A stretch of 53,949 nucleotides of DNA from an uncultured virus (IMG/VR IMGVR_UViG_3300032330_002160). Its lineage: Duplodnaviria > Heunggongvirae > Uroviricota > Caudoviricetes. The notes below the pieces were generated by a model, which was given only the letters and a program-made list of their open reading frames with translations, did no database searches and had not been told where the DNA came from. The stretch is from the IMG/VR virus record IMGVR_UViG_3300032330_002160. One strand, 5' to 3'. Both the position numbers and the translations under genes were made by a program. Numbering within the stretch: the stretch's first letter is position 1; each line of letters starts with the position of its first letter. This document shows, piece after piece, positions 42,061 to 52,012 of this stretch.

Positions 42061-42825
42061 TTACTTTACCTCATCTTTCCAATCTGGATCATAGCCTAAA
42101 AATTTTGGATCAATTGTTGACATGTTTCTTTGGAAATCGCTTAAGACAGAGAGAATAATTGTGGCAGACTTGTAGGGAACATCGTCCTTTTTTCTGGTCC
42201 ATTTAAACCCGCTTGCTTCCGAAAGGAACTTGTCTACATTTATATTAATCCTCTTGCACAAGTTGTCAATCATCAGCCATTGGGTGCTATTGGCTTTGCT
42301 ATTGTCAACAGTATTTCCTTCGGCATAGACATCATCTGGTTCTTCAGCAGAAATCACCTTGCGCAAACGCAACGCTTTTCGTAATGCTCTTCCTTCAGCC
42401 CTTGTTTCTGCCATTGCGCATGCAAATCTAGCAAACTTAGGATCGCAGTTATTACTATTGACATCGGCCACAGAAGTCCAAATTTGACCGTCATCAAACT
42501 GAACAGTATATTCTACTGTAGCAGTATATTCATTAGTTGGATTTGGGGACTGAACAATATGGGCCCGACCTTGCATAATCGGACCAATTACTAGTTCTGC
42601 TACTCTTCTAAGGGCATCACAAGTTGGCTTTCCATCTATTAGTTCTTGAGCCGTAAATAATGACAAAGCATAATCGCTCCATTCCAAAGTTCCGACTTCT
42701 GGAATTTTGATAGCGTCAGGATCTTCTACTTCTGTTGTTTTATCTCCCGGTATTTCAATATTTTGCAGGCTAACGGCTTTTAAAATTTCTTCGCCTTCGC
42801 CTTGTGTTTTTTTATTCTTTACCAT
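42061..42825 (-). CDS. Putative ssDNA-annealing protein (Rad52/Sak-like)
   Basis: ATVEYTVQF...ADV...AMAETRAEGRALRKAL resembles the Rad52-like core helix; lies in the replication arm. Confidence 0.45.
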   Translation of the reverse strand: MVKNKKTQGEGEEILKAVSLQNIEIPGDKTTEVEDPDAIKIPEVGTLEWSDYALSLFTAQELIDGKPTCDALRRVAELVIGPIMQGRAHIVQSPNPTNEYTATVEYTVQFDDGQIWTSVADVNSNNCDPKFARFACAMAETRAEGRALRKALRLRKVISAEEPDDVYAEGNTVDNSKANSTQWLMIDNLCKRININVDKFLSEASGFKWTRKKDDVPYKSATIILSVLSDFQRNMSTIDPKFLGYDPDWKDEVK

Positions 42826-43594
42826 TACTTATTTCTACCTCATAATAATTTTCTTTAATCCCGCCCTCATCTGTCAATTCTAGTATGTCAATTATTTCTT
42901 GAAGAGCAATGTTCATTTTTGCTTGAGAACATTTGCCAGAAATATTTTTTACCACAATTGCCAGAAAATTTTTCCCCGCAAAAAAACCAAATTTCTTTGC
43001 GTCGGACGAGGCTTGTCTTTCAAAAGCCTGAGATCCCCATATCTCTTTATAATGGCTTGGCCCATTAACTTCAATGGCAACTCCGGAAAAAGAACCAACC
43101 TTTTTAGAAATAAAAATATCAATATGCTGTTGATCAAATTGTTTGTGGAAGTCCACAGGATACTTACGGTGAATCAATCCTGCACATAAAAATTTTTCTA
43201 ATTTGCTTCCGTGTGTAGCTGTTTCTCTAACAGCTTCTATACCTTTATTTCTAAATATTTCTTTTTCTTCTTCTGGTCGCTCTTCCCATCTTTTCTTAGA
43301 GATGTTGCTTCTTCTTTGTTTTTCTTCTTTTGTAAGTTCATAATAATTGCAATAATTTTTTTCGCTAATAGATTTTTTTGCTTCTTCTGAATGTTTTTTG
43401 CCTTCAGTAGGATGCGCAGATCTTCCTTTTTCTAAAGCCTTTTTTTGCGCAGCAGATAAATCTCTTACTGGAATTTCATATTTATGGAGCAACCTCCTAA
43501 TAGCTCCAGCATATGTTCCCATATCTTTTGCTATTTCATATGTTGATTTTTCTTCTTCAACATACTTTTTCAATAATTGTTGTTTAGTAATCAT
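42812..43594 (-). CDS. Putative homing endonuclease: HTH + NUMOD3 + Vsr/DUF559-like nuclease
   Basis: STYEIAKDMGTYAGAIRRLL; GKKHSEEAKKSIS; SKLEK...IDIF...AIEVNGPSHY...DAKK. Confidence 0.7.
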   Translation of the reverse strand: MITKQQLLKKYVEEEKSTYEIAKDMGTYAGAIRRLLHKYEIPVRDLSAAQKKALEKGRSAHPTEGKKHSEEAKKSISEKNYCNYYELTKEEKQRRSNISKKRWEERPEEEKEIFRNKGIEAVRETATHGSKLEKFLCAGLIHRKYPVDFHKQFDQQHIDIFISKKVGSFSGVAIEVNGPSHYKEIWGSQAFERQASSDAKKFGFFAGKNFLAIVVKNISGKCSQAKMNIALQEIIDILELTDEGGIKENYYEVEISNGKE

Positions 43595-44088
43595 ATGGAT
43601 TTCTCGCTTAAAATTATTTCCTTTAATTTTGAAATCACTTGTTCGTAATTAAAATCTTTAATTATATTACTATCAATATTCCACACATGCTTAATTATTT
43701 TTGATCTATCTTCAGATGTTGACCAGTAATTAAAATTATCTAATTTATATTTTGATATATTATCTTCATATATAAAATTTTCTTTTTTAGTCCATTCTAA
43801 ATCCAACATATAAAATACATTTAAATTTTTACCGCATATTTTGCTTAAATAATGAGCAGTCTTTGTTGATGTCGCTATATATATTCCAGAATCAGAATAT
43901 TTGTCTGCCATGTCAAAGAAGCAATAATCTTTTGAGTATTTGCTTGTTGATTTGTTAAGAACGCAGAAAACAACATCAATGCCCTTCTCTTGACATGCAT
44001 CAGCAAATTTATAAGCTGATAGTGTTAAATGATCATCTGCTATTTTATCTAGGCAGATATTGATATGATTAATTTTAATATCTTGCAT
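43591..44088 (-). CDS. Hypothetical protein, possibly a divergent glycosyltransferase fragment
   Basis: IATSTKTA...VFYMLDLEW is weakly GT-B-like; overlapping operon. Confidence 0.35.
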   Translation of the reverse strand: MQDIKINHINICLDKIADDHLTLSAYKFADACQEKGIDVVFCVLNKSTSKYSKDYCFFDMADKYSDSGIYIATSTKTAHYLSKICGKNLNVFYMLDLEWTKKENFIYEDNISKYKLDNFNYWSTSEDRSKIIKHVWNIDSNIIKDFNYEQVISKLKEIILSEKSI

Positions 44089-44683
44089 AATATTTTCCTA
44101 AATTGTCTTTTTCTTCTATCGTGTAATCTACTTCAAACAAATCATTTGGTTGCATTGGTCCGTCATAAAAAATATATCCGCCGACTTTTGTAAATTCGCC
44201 ATTGATATTAGCATCTTTTGGCATCATAAAAAATATTGGTGCTTCTGGTTCAATTTTATTATCTAGCCATTCCATAATTAATCCATCGGGAATAAAACCA
44301 GAATATCTATCAGCATTTTCAAATCTTGATGTAATTTTCCAAACATCAGTATTTATCGAGTTCTTATTATAAAGATTTGTTATATATGTTAGAACGCCTA
44401 TAGTAAATAAACATTGATGTCTAATAAATATTATTTTATCTGATGAAGCTTGTTTAAATAAGGGGAGAATACTTTTTTCGTTTTCTTTTAACTGAAAAAC
44501 TCTCCAATATAATTTAGCCGAATAAGAACTTAAAAGTTTTTCTAAATCAAAAAATAATTTTTCTTCTCTATATGGCACCAATAATTCTATAGAGTTATCA
44601 TTAATATATTCTTTTGATATTTGCGAAAGCAAAGTTTGAAAATGATCTAAATTAGTTATTTCATCAAAAATAATAGTTAACAT
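44075..44683 (-). CDS. Hypothetical protein, divergent GT-A-like
   Basis: MLTIIF...IELLV...ASSDKIIFI pattern, but no DxD. Confidence 0.35.
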   Translation of the reverse strand: MLTIIFDEITNLDHFQTLLSQISKEYINDNSIELLVPYREEKLFFDLEKLLSSYSAKLYWRVFQLKENEKSILPLFKQASSDKIIFIRHQCLFTIGVLTYITNLYNKNSINTDVWKITSRFENADRYSGFIPDGLIMEWLDNKIEPEAPIFFMMPKDANINGEFTKVGGYIFYDGPMQPNDLFEVDYTIEEKDNLGKYYARY

Positions 44684-45411
44684 AAATATTCACCTATATT
44701 CTTTAAAAATAAAGTAGAATTATATTGCTCATATTCTTTTTTATCAAAATCAATTTCTTTAAAATCATTGTTAAATAATGCCGGATTACCTCCATGACAT
44801 AGAGTTTTAATTATATATCTTTTATCTGCGTTTTCTGGCAATCCTATCTTTTTACTTGAAGCAATAATTTGACACATATTATATTCATTGACTAGTCCGT
44901 TATGTCTCATCCAAGGCCAAATGTCTGGATTTCCCCAAGTTGTAATTTTAAAATTGTTGTTATTTTCAAGATGAGAAATAATATGCTTCATCATCTTAGA
45001 ATAATCGCAATCATAGATAAAAGCCAAATCTGCCGCATATAAATCATTATGTTTTAGTTTATCTAATCTATGAAACGGCCAAAAACATTCTAAATATTTA
45101 GTATTATTTTCCTTGTAAAAACTTTTATTTCTATTGCTTTTGTTTAATAGATTTAATATTGTACAATTTTCATCATCTATTTTATGAAGTCCATCTGTAA
45201 TTAAAAATGATTTGATATTATAACTTTGCAGCATTCTCAGAGTAGATGGGCGACATTGATCATAAATGCCAAAAAAACATAAATCCGTATAATTGTTTAT
45301 TATTTGTTTTAATGATACAGTATCGTCCCATATGATTACGTTATTAGAAATAATGCTCAACGCTTCTGCTAAAGGCTCATAACAAAAAGTTTTTTTAATT
45401 ATAAAATTCAT
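44677..45411 (-). CDS. Hypothetical protein, divergent glycosyltransferase-like
   Basis: DLAFI...TWG...IIASSK...CHGG is weakly CgeB/GT-like. Confidence 0.35.
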   Translation of the reverse strand: MNFIIKKTFCYEPLAEALSIISNNVIIWDDTVSLKQIINNYTDLCFFGIYDQCRPSTLRMLQSYNIKSFLITDGLHKIDDENCTILNLLNKSNRNKSFYKENNTKYLECFWPFHRLDKLKHNDLYAADLAFIYDCDYSKMMKHIISHLENNNNFKITTWGNPDIWPWMRHNGLVNEYNMCQIIASSKKIGLPENADKRYIIKTLCHGGNPALFNNDFKEIDFDKKEYEQYNSTLFLKNIGEYLC

Positions 45412-45413
45412 GA

Positions 45414-46109
45414 TTAATCCTTAAAAGTTTGAGCAAATATTTTTGCTTTTTTGATATCTTGCTGGGAATCAATTTCTACCATATATCCATTAGTCGGTAT
45501 GTGAGTAAAAAAAGATCCACCCATGTCTATTATTTTATTCATTAACTCAAAGAAAAACCAATTTTTTACTTTAGATTTTTTTAGAATTTTTTGCAATATA
45601 TTTATTTCTTCTTTTTTTAAAAAAGCAATCTGAGACCACTTTGGGTTTAAGCCATAATTAATATGATTTAATTTACAGTTTGTTATATTGCATCCTACTT
45701 CAGAACTTCTATCTATATTGTTTATGTCTAAAACAACGCAAGAAAAATCAGTAATTATTTTTGATATCATTGATTCATTAAAAACTAAATCGCCACAGCA
45801 TAATATTAGATTGCTAATATTTTCTTTTTCTATTGCTTGCTTTATTGACCAAGCGGTATTGCTACTGTCAAAATCATTATTTATTATTATTTCTACTTTA
45901 TTATTTAGTATTTTTTCCATTTTTTCTTTTGCTGAACCAATAACTACAACAATTTTATAAGATGGAAAAAATTTTTTAAATAATCTTATTTGTCTTTCGA
46001 TTACCGTTTCATTCTCACATATTTTAATTGCAGCTTTAGGTCCAGACATTTTCATTCTTTTGCCTAGACCTGCCGCAGCTATTACAATGAAATTATTTGT
46101 TTGTTGCAT
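45414..46109 (-). CDS. NTP transferase (LicC/MobA-like sugar or choline-phosphate nucleotidyltransferase)
   Basis: IAAAGLGKRMKMSGPKA, VVIG, N.DF...N...S, GDLVF, EIDSQQD. Confidence 0.85.
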   Translation of the reverse strand: MQQTNNFIVIAAAGLGKRMKMSGPKAAIKICENETVIERQIRLFKKFFPSYKIVVVIGSAKEKMEKILNNKVEIIINNDFDSSNTAWSIKQAIEKENISNLILCCGDLVFNESMISKIITDFSCVVLDINNIDRSSEVGCNITNCKLNHINYGLNPKWSQIAFLKKEEINILQKILKKSKVKNWFFFELMNKIIDMGGSFFTHIPTNGYMVEIDSQQDIKKAKIFAQTFKD

Positions 46110-46776
46110 GTTGTTGTTTATAATCTTGAATTGTTATTTTATTCAATGCTTCTGGAACATGAAAATATGCAAATCCTTCAGATATTTTATTTAAAAAATC
46201 TTCCAATTTAGAAAATCCTTCAGCATCAATAGGGCGCATTAAAATTCCGCCCATTTTAATGTTTTTGACTTTTTCTTCGTGCGTAATAGTGACCAATCCG
46301 TTTCCAAAATCTATTTTATAGTCACTATACGCATATCCAAATTCATCTTTGTATTTTTCCCAATATTCGTATAATTTTTTTATTTTAACTTCAATACAAT
46401 CACATTTTAGATCACCGATTTTAAAAAGATTGCATCCAATTCCAGACTCTGTAGTTTTAGTTAAATATAATGGCTCATATGTTTTTCCAAACATAATATT
46501 AAATATTTTTAATGCTTCTATATCATCTATTTCTTGATTGACATTTACATAATATCCACAATCATAATTTGTATTAAAAACTATTGTTGGAATACCGTTT
46601 AAAATTTTATGTTCAATTATATCTAATTCATTTTCTAAATTATTGTTTTGATTTTTATCTAATATTAATACTATATTTTGATCTTTAGAGCAAAAATATT
46701 TAGGTATTATATCGGATTCTTTTATCTCTTTATCATTTATAATGATACAATTTATACTTCTTGCAGACAATTGCAT
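46093..46776 (-). CDS. Hypothetical protein
   Basis: 227 aa within the overlapping operon. FGYAYSDY and HVPEAL are weakly GT2-like. Confidence 0.45.
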   Translation of the reverse strand: MQLSARSINCIIINDKEIKESDIIPKYFCSKDQNIVLILDKNQNNNLENELDIIEHKILNGIPTIVFNTNYDCGYYVNVNQEIDDIEALKIFNIMFGKTYEPLYLTKTTESGIGCNLFKIGDLKCDCIEVKIKKLYEYWEKYKDEFGYAYSDYKIDFGNGLVTITHEEKVKNIKMGGILMRPIDAEGFSKLEDFLNKISEGFAYFHVPEALNKITIQDYKQQHATNK

Positions 46777-47564
46777 ACCTCCGATAGATTTCTAATTGCC
46801 CAGTCAACTTTTTCTTGAGCAGCAATTCTTTCTATTTTTACAATCATATCAGAAATAATTTCATTGGTTTCATTCCACTCTACCGTGGAATTTCCTTGAA
46901 CTATATCATATACATGCTTTTGAATAATCGTACAATGGCCTAAATTATTTTTTGGCTTTAACACTAAAAATTTATGCATTTGTTTATGATATTCGTTGAC
47001 TTTTTCTACAAAATTATTTGGAATATTTTCTCCACAAATAATTTGAGCAATGAATAATGACTCGCATGAATTAAAAGCTAAATCAATTCCATATTTATCT
47101 TCAATTTCTTTATCTACTATTTGTTTAATAGACCATTTAGTTTTAATTTCATCATCTTCAATTATTTTTAATATGTCTTTAAAATTGTTGCGATTATTAA
47201 AACTATTTATAAAAATCAATTCTTTAAATGGCAAAGTTTGCCCAAGCACTTGTTCAATTGTTTGTTGAAGTTTTTCTTTATAATTTTCAGAAACTATAAT
47301 AGCAGCCGACAAATCTATCATGGTTTCTTGTTGTAATTTTTGAAGGCGTTCTTCTTCAGACAAATCCTCCCCCCAAAAATTAGGCCTAATATATCTGCAA
47401 GCAAAGTCCTCTAAATTAAAAAAGCTTTTATCTTCTTCTTGAATAAATTCTCGTTTTCCTTTAAAAATATCAAAAATGCCAGCAGCGCAATCTACTTGCT
47501 TATTGTTTTCAAATTTCGCAAAAATACAATTTTTACACGACGTTTTAAAGCGACCATTGCTCAT
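46752..47564 (-). CDS. Hypothetical protein, Cys-containing N-terminus plus divergent GT2-like domain
   Basis: SCKNCIF...C...C, then LQQTIEQVLGQTLPFKELIFIN. Confidence 0.45.
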   Translation of the reverse strand: MSNGRFKTSCKNCIFAKFENNKQVDCAAGIFDIFKGKREFIQEEDKSFFNLEDFACRYIRPNFWGEDLSEEERLQKLQQETMIDLSAAIIVSENYKEKLQQTIEQVLGQTLPFKELIFINSFNNRNNFKDILKIIEDDEIKTKWSIKQIVDKEIEDKYGIDLAFNSCESLFIAQIICGENIPNNFVEKVNEYHKQMHKFLVLKPKNNLGHCTIIQKHVYDIVQGNSTVEWNETNEIISDMIVKIERIAAQEKVDWAIRNLSEVCNCLQEV

Positions 47565-48031
47565 TTTTTAATTCCTTCTATAGAACATAGAGTGTCTGAA
47601 AAATTTACCTTATTGAGTATAAATCCATTTGATGATAAAATTTGACTGACACTTTCCAAAGTGGAAACACTCATTTTATTTACATTATTTTGCATAAACA
47701 AAATTTGATTTAATTCATTTATTTTTATTTTAGAATTCAAAAATTTTCTACTTATTTCTTCTACATCGTGAAATGAAATAGTCATAATTCCATTTTTACA
47801 TAACTTTGTAGTTAATGTTTTTAAAAAATCAATTTGGTTTTCTATATTGAAAAAATTAATGCAATCGTTAATAATGATTGAGTCAAATTCTTCCGATTCA
47901 AAAAAATCATTAATTGCAGATGGTAGTATGTTCATTATATCATCTCTTTTAGATTGAGACGATATATCAATATTGACACAATTGTTTCTATATTTTTGAT
48001 CGTTATTGCAAAATATATTAGCTATTCTCAT
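47561..48031 (-). CDS. Divergent SAM methyltransferase-like protein
   Basis: VNIDI...EEFDSII...LCKNGIMTISFHD...ILSSNGF; the Gly-rich motif I appears degenerate. Confidence 0.5.
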   Translation of the reverse strand: MRIANIFCNNDQKYRNNCVNIDISSQSKRDDIMNILPSAINDFFESEEFDSIIINDCINFFNIENQIDFLKTLTTKLCKNGIMTISFHDVEEISRKFLNSKIKINELNQILFMQNNVNKMSVSTLESVSQILSSNGFILNKVNFSDTLCSIEGIKK

Positions 48032-48575
48032 AATAAACACCACTTTTGATTGATGCTGCCGATGTTAGTATTTCATTCCATTTTTCGGAAAAATTTTTAA
48101 TTTCTATTTCATTTTGTTCTTTAAGTATGCTATCGCATAAATAATCTGTATCTTTTCCGCCCCAAGATTCTTTAACATTTTGATTTGTATAAACTACAAT
48201 ATCACAATATAAATTTTTAGGAGCATTTTTTTTCTGATTATTTTCTATCTTTAATACTGGTATGTGTAATTTTTTAGAATATTCAATTACCACATGTTCT
48301 AATAATGGATTATTGTAAATAATTAAATCATAATTCACATCAATCAAAGGACTTGCTGTAAGAGAATCGTCTGAAACTAAAGTAAAATTATCTGGCAACA
48401 AAACATTTTTAGTATTCCATTTTTTATCTTCATGAGTATTAAAGATATAAAATAAATGCTTAGTATAACCGAAAGAAATAATTTGAGATGTCGGAGAATC
48501 AAACATTAATATATTTAATCTCGCCCCATTGGGGCGAGTTGTTGTATGAATAACATTTGATATCAAGTTACCCAT
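48018..48575 (-). CDS. Hypothetical protein, short GT-B-like
   Basis: LNILMF...YDLII...KKLHIPVL; FSEKWNEIL C-terminal helix. Confidence 0.4.
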   Translation of the reverse strand: MGNLISNVIHTTTRPNGARLNILMFDSPTSQIISFGYTKHLFYIFNTHEDKKWNTKNVLLPDNFTLVSDDSLTASPLIDVNYDLIIYNNPLLEHVVIEYSKKLHIPVLKIENNQKKNAPKNLYCDIVVYTNQNVKESWGGKDTDYLCDSILKEQNEIEIKNFSEKWNEILTSAASIKSGVYYENS

Positions 48576-48580
48576 TATCT

Positions 48581-49342
48581 TTAGTCGCTTAACCTTTCCA
48601 AAATGTGCCTAAGAAGACCATGCCTTTGGATATCTTCTTTGCCCATTACAACTTTGGCTATATCTGGATCACTTAGTCTTTCGATAACCCAAGGTAATGG
48701 ATTACCTTCTTTTTGATCTAGATCGGATTGTTTTGTGTCACCACACACTATAACCTTAGTACCAACGCCCATTCTAGTCAAGAACATTGTCATTTGAGTT
48801 TTTGTGGCATTTTGCGCTTCGTCAAGAATCATAAAGGCGTTATGGAAAGTTCTTCCTCTCATTGTCTCAAGAGGGACGACCTCTATTGTCTTGGTTTCAA
48901 AATGTTTTTTTAAAATGTTTGGCTCAAAAAAATCGCCGAAGGATTCAAACATGGCAGACATATACGCATCCGTCTTCTCAGACAGGGAGCCCGGTAATGC
49001 CCCTATTTTTCGTCCACACTCGACTAAAGGTCTAGTAAGGATGATCCGCTCAATTTTGCCTTCGTTGAGGTATCTAGCGGCAATTCCACAGGCAATATAA
49101 GTCTTTCCAGTTCCAGCAACTCCGCTACAAATAGTTAAAGTGCATTCCTTAATACAATTTATATAGGTTTGTTGATTTGCAGTTTTTGCTTTTATAACAA
49201 CTACGCTTTTTTTGATTTCTTGTGCTGTTTCTTTCTTTATTTTTTCCGCTACATTAATGTCTCTAGCGATTCTCCAATCTTTTTGCTCCATTTCGTCCTT
49301 TAGGCTATCAATGTAATCGTTCCAATTTTTCTTTCTTCGCAT
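48581..49342 (-). CDS. phoH: PhoH-family ATPase
   Basis: GVAGTGKTYIA, IILTRPLVE, LPGSLSEK, MRGRTFHNAFMILDEAQN, FLTRMG, GD..QSDL, DIQRH. Confidence 0.95.
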   Translation of the reverse strand: MRRKKNWNDYIDSLKDEMEQKDWRIARDINVAEKIKKETAQEIKKSVVVIKAKTANQQTYINCIKECTLTICSGVAGTGKTYIACGIAARYLNEGKIERIILTRPLVECGRKIGALPGSLSEKTDAYMSAMFESFGDFFEPNILKKHFETKTIEVVPLETMRGRTFHNAFMILDEAQNATKTQMTMFLTRMGVGTKVIVCGDTKQSDLDQKEGNPLPWVIERLSDPDIAKVVMGKEDIQRHGLLRHILERLSD

Positions 49343-50405
49343 GGTTTAGAGCCTCCAAAAGAGAGCCGCCAAGTTCCATTGTATCAAAGCGCAAAGCGTC
49401 AGACATACCTTTTAAAGATTTTTCTTCATTGGCCTGTCTATTTTCAAAAACTTTACGCATAGTATTCTTTATTGATGAAACTAAAGGACGACTCCAATGT
49501 TGATTACACCTATAAGTACCGCCCCAAATATCATCACTATTAAAGCATGGTTCGGTGTCTGTATTTAGAATGTAACCATTAGAATCATTGACAAATTCAG
49601 TAAAACAAGTGCTATTTGGCACAATTGGGGTATTGCCAAATGCCATAGCGTCAAAAGCATCATATGACCAATTATTTCCATAACTTGTATCTATATAACA
49701 ATTTGCATATACATGTAAATTAATTTTGTCTTGATCTGAATAATTTTGTAATACCAATAACATATCTGGATCAAAATCTCTATTGATTTTTTTGATTTGT
49801 GATTCAACTATATTTTTTAACTCTTTATTATTTTCGTCTACTTTAATTACTAAACTTACTTTTTCTTTTTGTGAAAATTCTGTGTAATACGCAAAAATTA
49901 ACTGATCTAAATGAAAAACATTTTTCCCAGATGCTATTGAATAAAAAATAAAATGATTTTTAGATAATAAATTATGAATATAGTTTGGGCATTTTGTTTC
50001 TTTTAAATATCTTTGTCTACTAGATGGGAAATTAGATTTAAATATTGGCGCAATTACGCCACTATCTTTATAACATTTAACCGAATGTTCAGATGAAACT
50101 AAACACAAATCCATCATATTTAAATATTTTTTAAAATTTGCGCTTTTAAAATTATTAAGCGGATAATCAAAATCAGATACGTTTAAAATAAATTTTGAAT
50201 CATAAACCATATTATATGGATATGTACTTTGTATTACGCATTCAAATTCATTTATGATATCTTTATCATTATCTGTTATTTTTCCTTCGCCGATATGCCT
50301 AGTTACAACTTTTGCCCCAGCTGATCTTAATGAAGCTACTCTCTCTATAGAGCATCTTCCAGAATCATTATTTTCATTAAAATCACCTATGTATAAAATA
50401 TTCAT
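49308..50405 (-). CDS. Glycosyltransferase GT4-like (GT-B)
   Basis: MNILYIG, F.FYSI, LIFAYYTEF...V.LVIK, DAMAFGNTPIV. The usual EG(F/W) motif reads NNW. Confidence 0.75.
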   Translation of the reverse strand: MNILYIGDFNENNDSGRCSIERVASLRSAGAKVVTRHIGEGKITDNDKDIINEFECVIQSTYPYNMVYDSKFILNVSDFDYPLNNFKSANFKKYLNMMDLCLVSSEHSVKCYKDSGVIAPIFKSNFPSSRQRYLKETKCPNYIHNLLSKNHFIFYSIASGKNVFHLDQLIFAYYTEFSQKEKVSLVIKVDENNKELKNIVESQIKKINRDFDPDMLLVLQNYSDQDKINLHVYANCYIDTSYGNNWSYDAFDAMAFGNTPIVPNSTCFTEFVNDSNGYILNTDTEPCFNSDDIWGGTYRCNQHWSRPLVSSIKNTMRKVFENRQANEEKSLKGMSDALRFDTMELGGSLLEALNHAKKEKLERLH

Positions 50406-52006
50406 TGTGCAGATAATCCTTTAATTTTGTTTAAACGTTTTTGTTCCCAATAAATAATTTTTTCTATTTTTTGTTTAAGATGATTTGTTAAATTTGCTTT
50501 CGCAAAAGGGAAAAATCTTCCTTCTTTTACAGAAACATTTAAACTTTGAGTTACATCATAAAATTCTCTATTTAAAGAGCGAAGCATATCTAACTTTTCC
50601 CAAGTTAAATTATCATCAATACTTTCATATAAATCTTCTAGCATATCAATATTTTCAACAAGATTAGAATCAATTTTATATTTTTGTTGATCTATTTTAT
50701 TAAACCATTTATTTTCCGGCTTAATATCTTGCATTGCTTTTTCCCACATTTCAATACTTTTATCATAATCAAAATTATGCAATGCTAATCTTCTTGTTTC
50801 TGATCTTTTTTGCATTTGTTCTTCGGCAGTCATATTAATAGCTTCATTTAAAATATCAATAAAGCTTTTATGATTTGGAACAGCAATTCTTCTGTGTGTG
50901 GCTGCCTCATAATAAAAACCACTTGCTTCAATTGGATATCCGCCGACTTCTCTTACTACTGATGACATTGCGCTATAATCTGTTGCAGCTAAAGGTATAC
51001 CGCAATAAGCAGCTTCTAATTGAGGCATTCCAAAACCTTCCATAGAAGCATACTGGACATAAAAATCCATTGCATTATAAACAAGGTTTAATTGCTCTCT
51101 AGAAATTCCCAAACTAGGAGATGAAAATAGAACTTTGTCAGAATTACACATTGGACAATGCTTGCAAGGTCCTGACCACTTAGATACAAAAATTTGTTTG
51201 CAATCGCTGCATATTTGCGTGAAATATACATTATCTTCTACATTATGCTCAATCAATAATCGCGGCAAATCCCATCCAACATCTGGATATGAAGTATGAC
51301 ATAATAATTTAATTTTTCCTCTTCTCTCTTGAGGAACTTGATCTAAAAATTCTCTGAAATTTTCAAATAAACTTGGGAATAATTTTCTTTCCTGATTCCT
51401 CATTACCGTTCCAACGATATAAATATCGTCTTTAATTCCAAACATTTGTTTGGTTTGTTTAGTATCCATAGGCTTAAAAATATCAGCTTCTGCTGCTGGC
51501 GGAGCGCATCCGATTAAATTAATTTTATTAAATTTTTTAATTTCATCAAAAGCCCAAGTAGAATAGGTCAATATCCCATCAGCGTTTTGAAAAGCATTAA
51601 CCCAATTGTTATCTAACGGGATTCCATCGCAGGTGGGCATATAAATCCATTTAAAGTATTTTCTTAATGGACTTTCATAAATAAAACGATCTACCCACGG
51701 ATCTCTAAAAGAGATAACATAGTCGGGCATAAAATCTAACAAAGCTAGTTCAAATTTCCATGATGCAATATTAGGCTGTAAAGCTTGAGAATGTAATTTT
51801 ACTTCTTCTTCATTTTTTTGATCTGGATCGCAAAAATATATTTTCCAAGGAGTATTTTGGGCGTTTGGGTCAGATGAAAAACCGAAAGCTGCCAATTCAG
51901 CAACTTCATGACCTCTTTTTAACAATCCTTCTACGATATTTTTTCCGTAGTTGGAATAACCTGTTTTGTGCCAAGTTGCTTCTGAAACCAATAAAATTTT
52001 AGCCAT
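50402..52006 (-). CDS. Glycosyltransferase GT4 with Zn-ribbon insert
   Basis: TGYS.YG, VGTVMRNQERK, YNAMDFYVQ..SMEGFGMPQLEAAYCGIP; CSDC...CPMC insert. Confidence 0.9.
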   Translation of the reverse strand: MAKILLVSEATWHKTGYSNYGKNIVEGLLKRGHEVAELAAFGFSSDPNAQNTPWKIYFCDPDQKNEEEVKLHSQALQPNIASWKFELALLDFMPDYVISFRDPWVDRFIYESPLRKYFKWIYMPTCDGIPLDNNWVNAFQNADGILTYSTWAFDEIKKFNKINLIGCAPPAAEADIFKPMDTKQTKQMFGIKDDIYIVGTVMRNQERKLFPSLFENFREFLDQVPQERRGKIKLLCHTSYPDVGWDLPRLLIEHNVEDNVYFTQICSDCKQIFVSKWSGPCKHCPMCNSDKVLFSSPSLGISREQLNLVYNAMDFYVQYASMEGFGMPQLEAAYCGIPLAATDYSAMSSVVREVGGYPIEASGFYYEAATHRRIAVPNHKSFIDILNEAINMTAEEQMQKRSETRRLALHNFDYDKSIEMWEKAMQDIKPENKWFNKIDQQKYKIDSNLVENIDMLEDLYESIDDNLTWEKLDMLRSLNREFYDVTQSLNVSVKEGRFFPFAKANLTNHLKQKIEKIIYWEQKRLNKIKGLSAQ

Positions 52007-52012
52007 AATAAT

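Noticed and set aside
43591..48575. Pseudogene calls for the divergent GT-like ORFs
   Set aside because: The ORFs are uninterrupted and tightly overlapped, consistent with translated genes.
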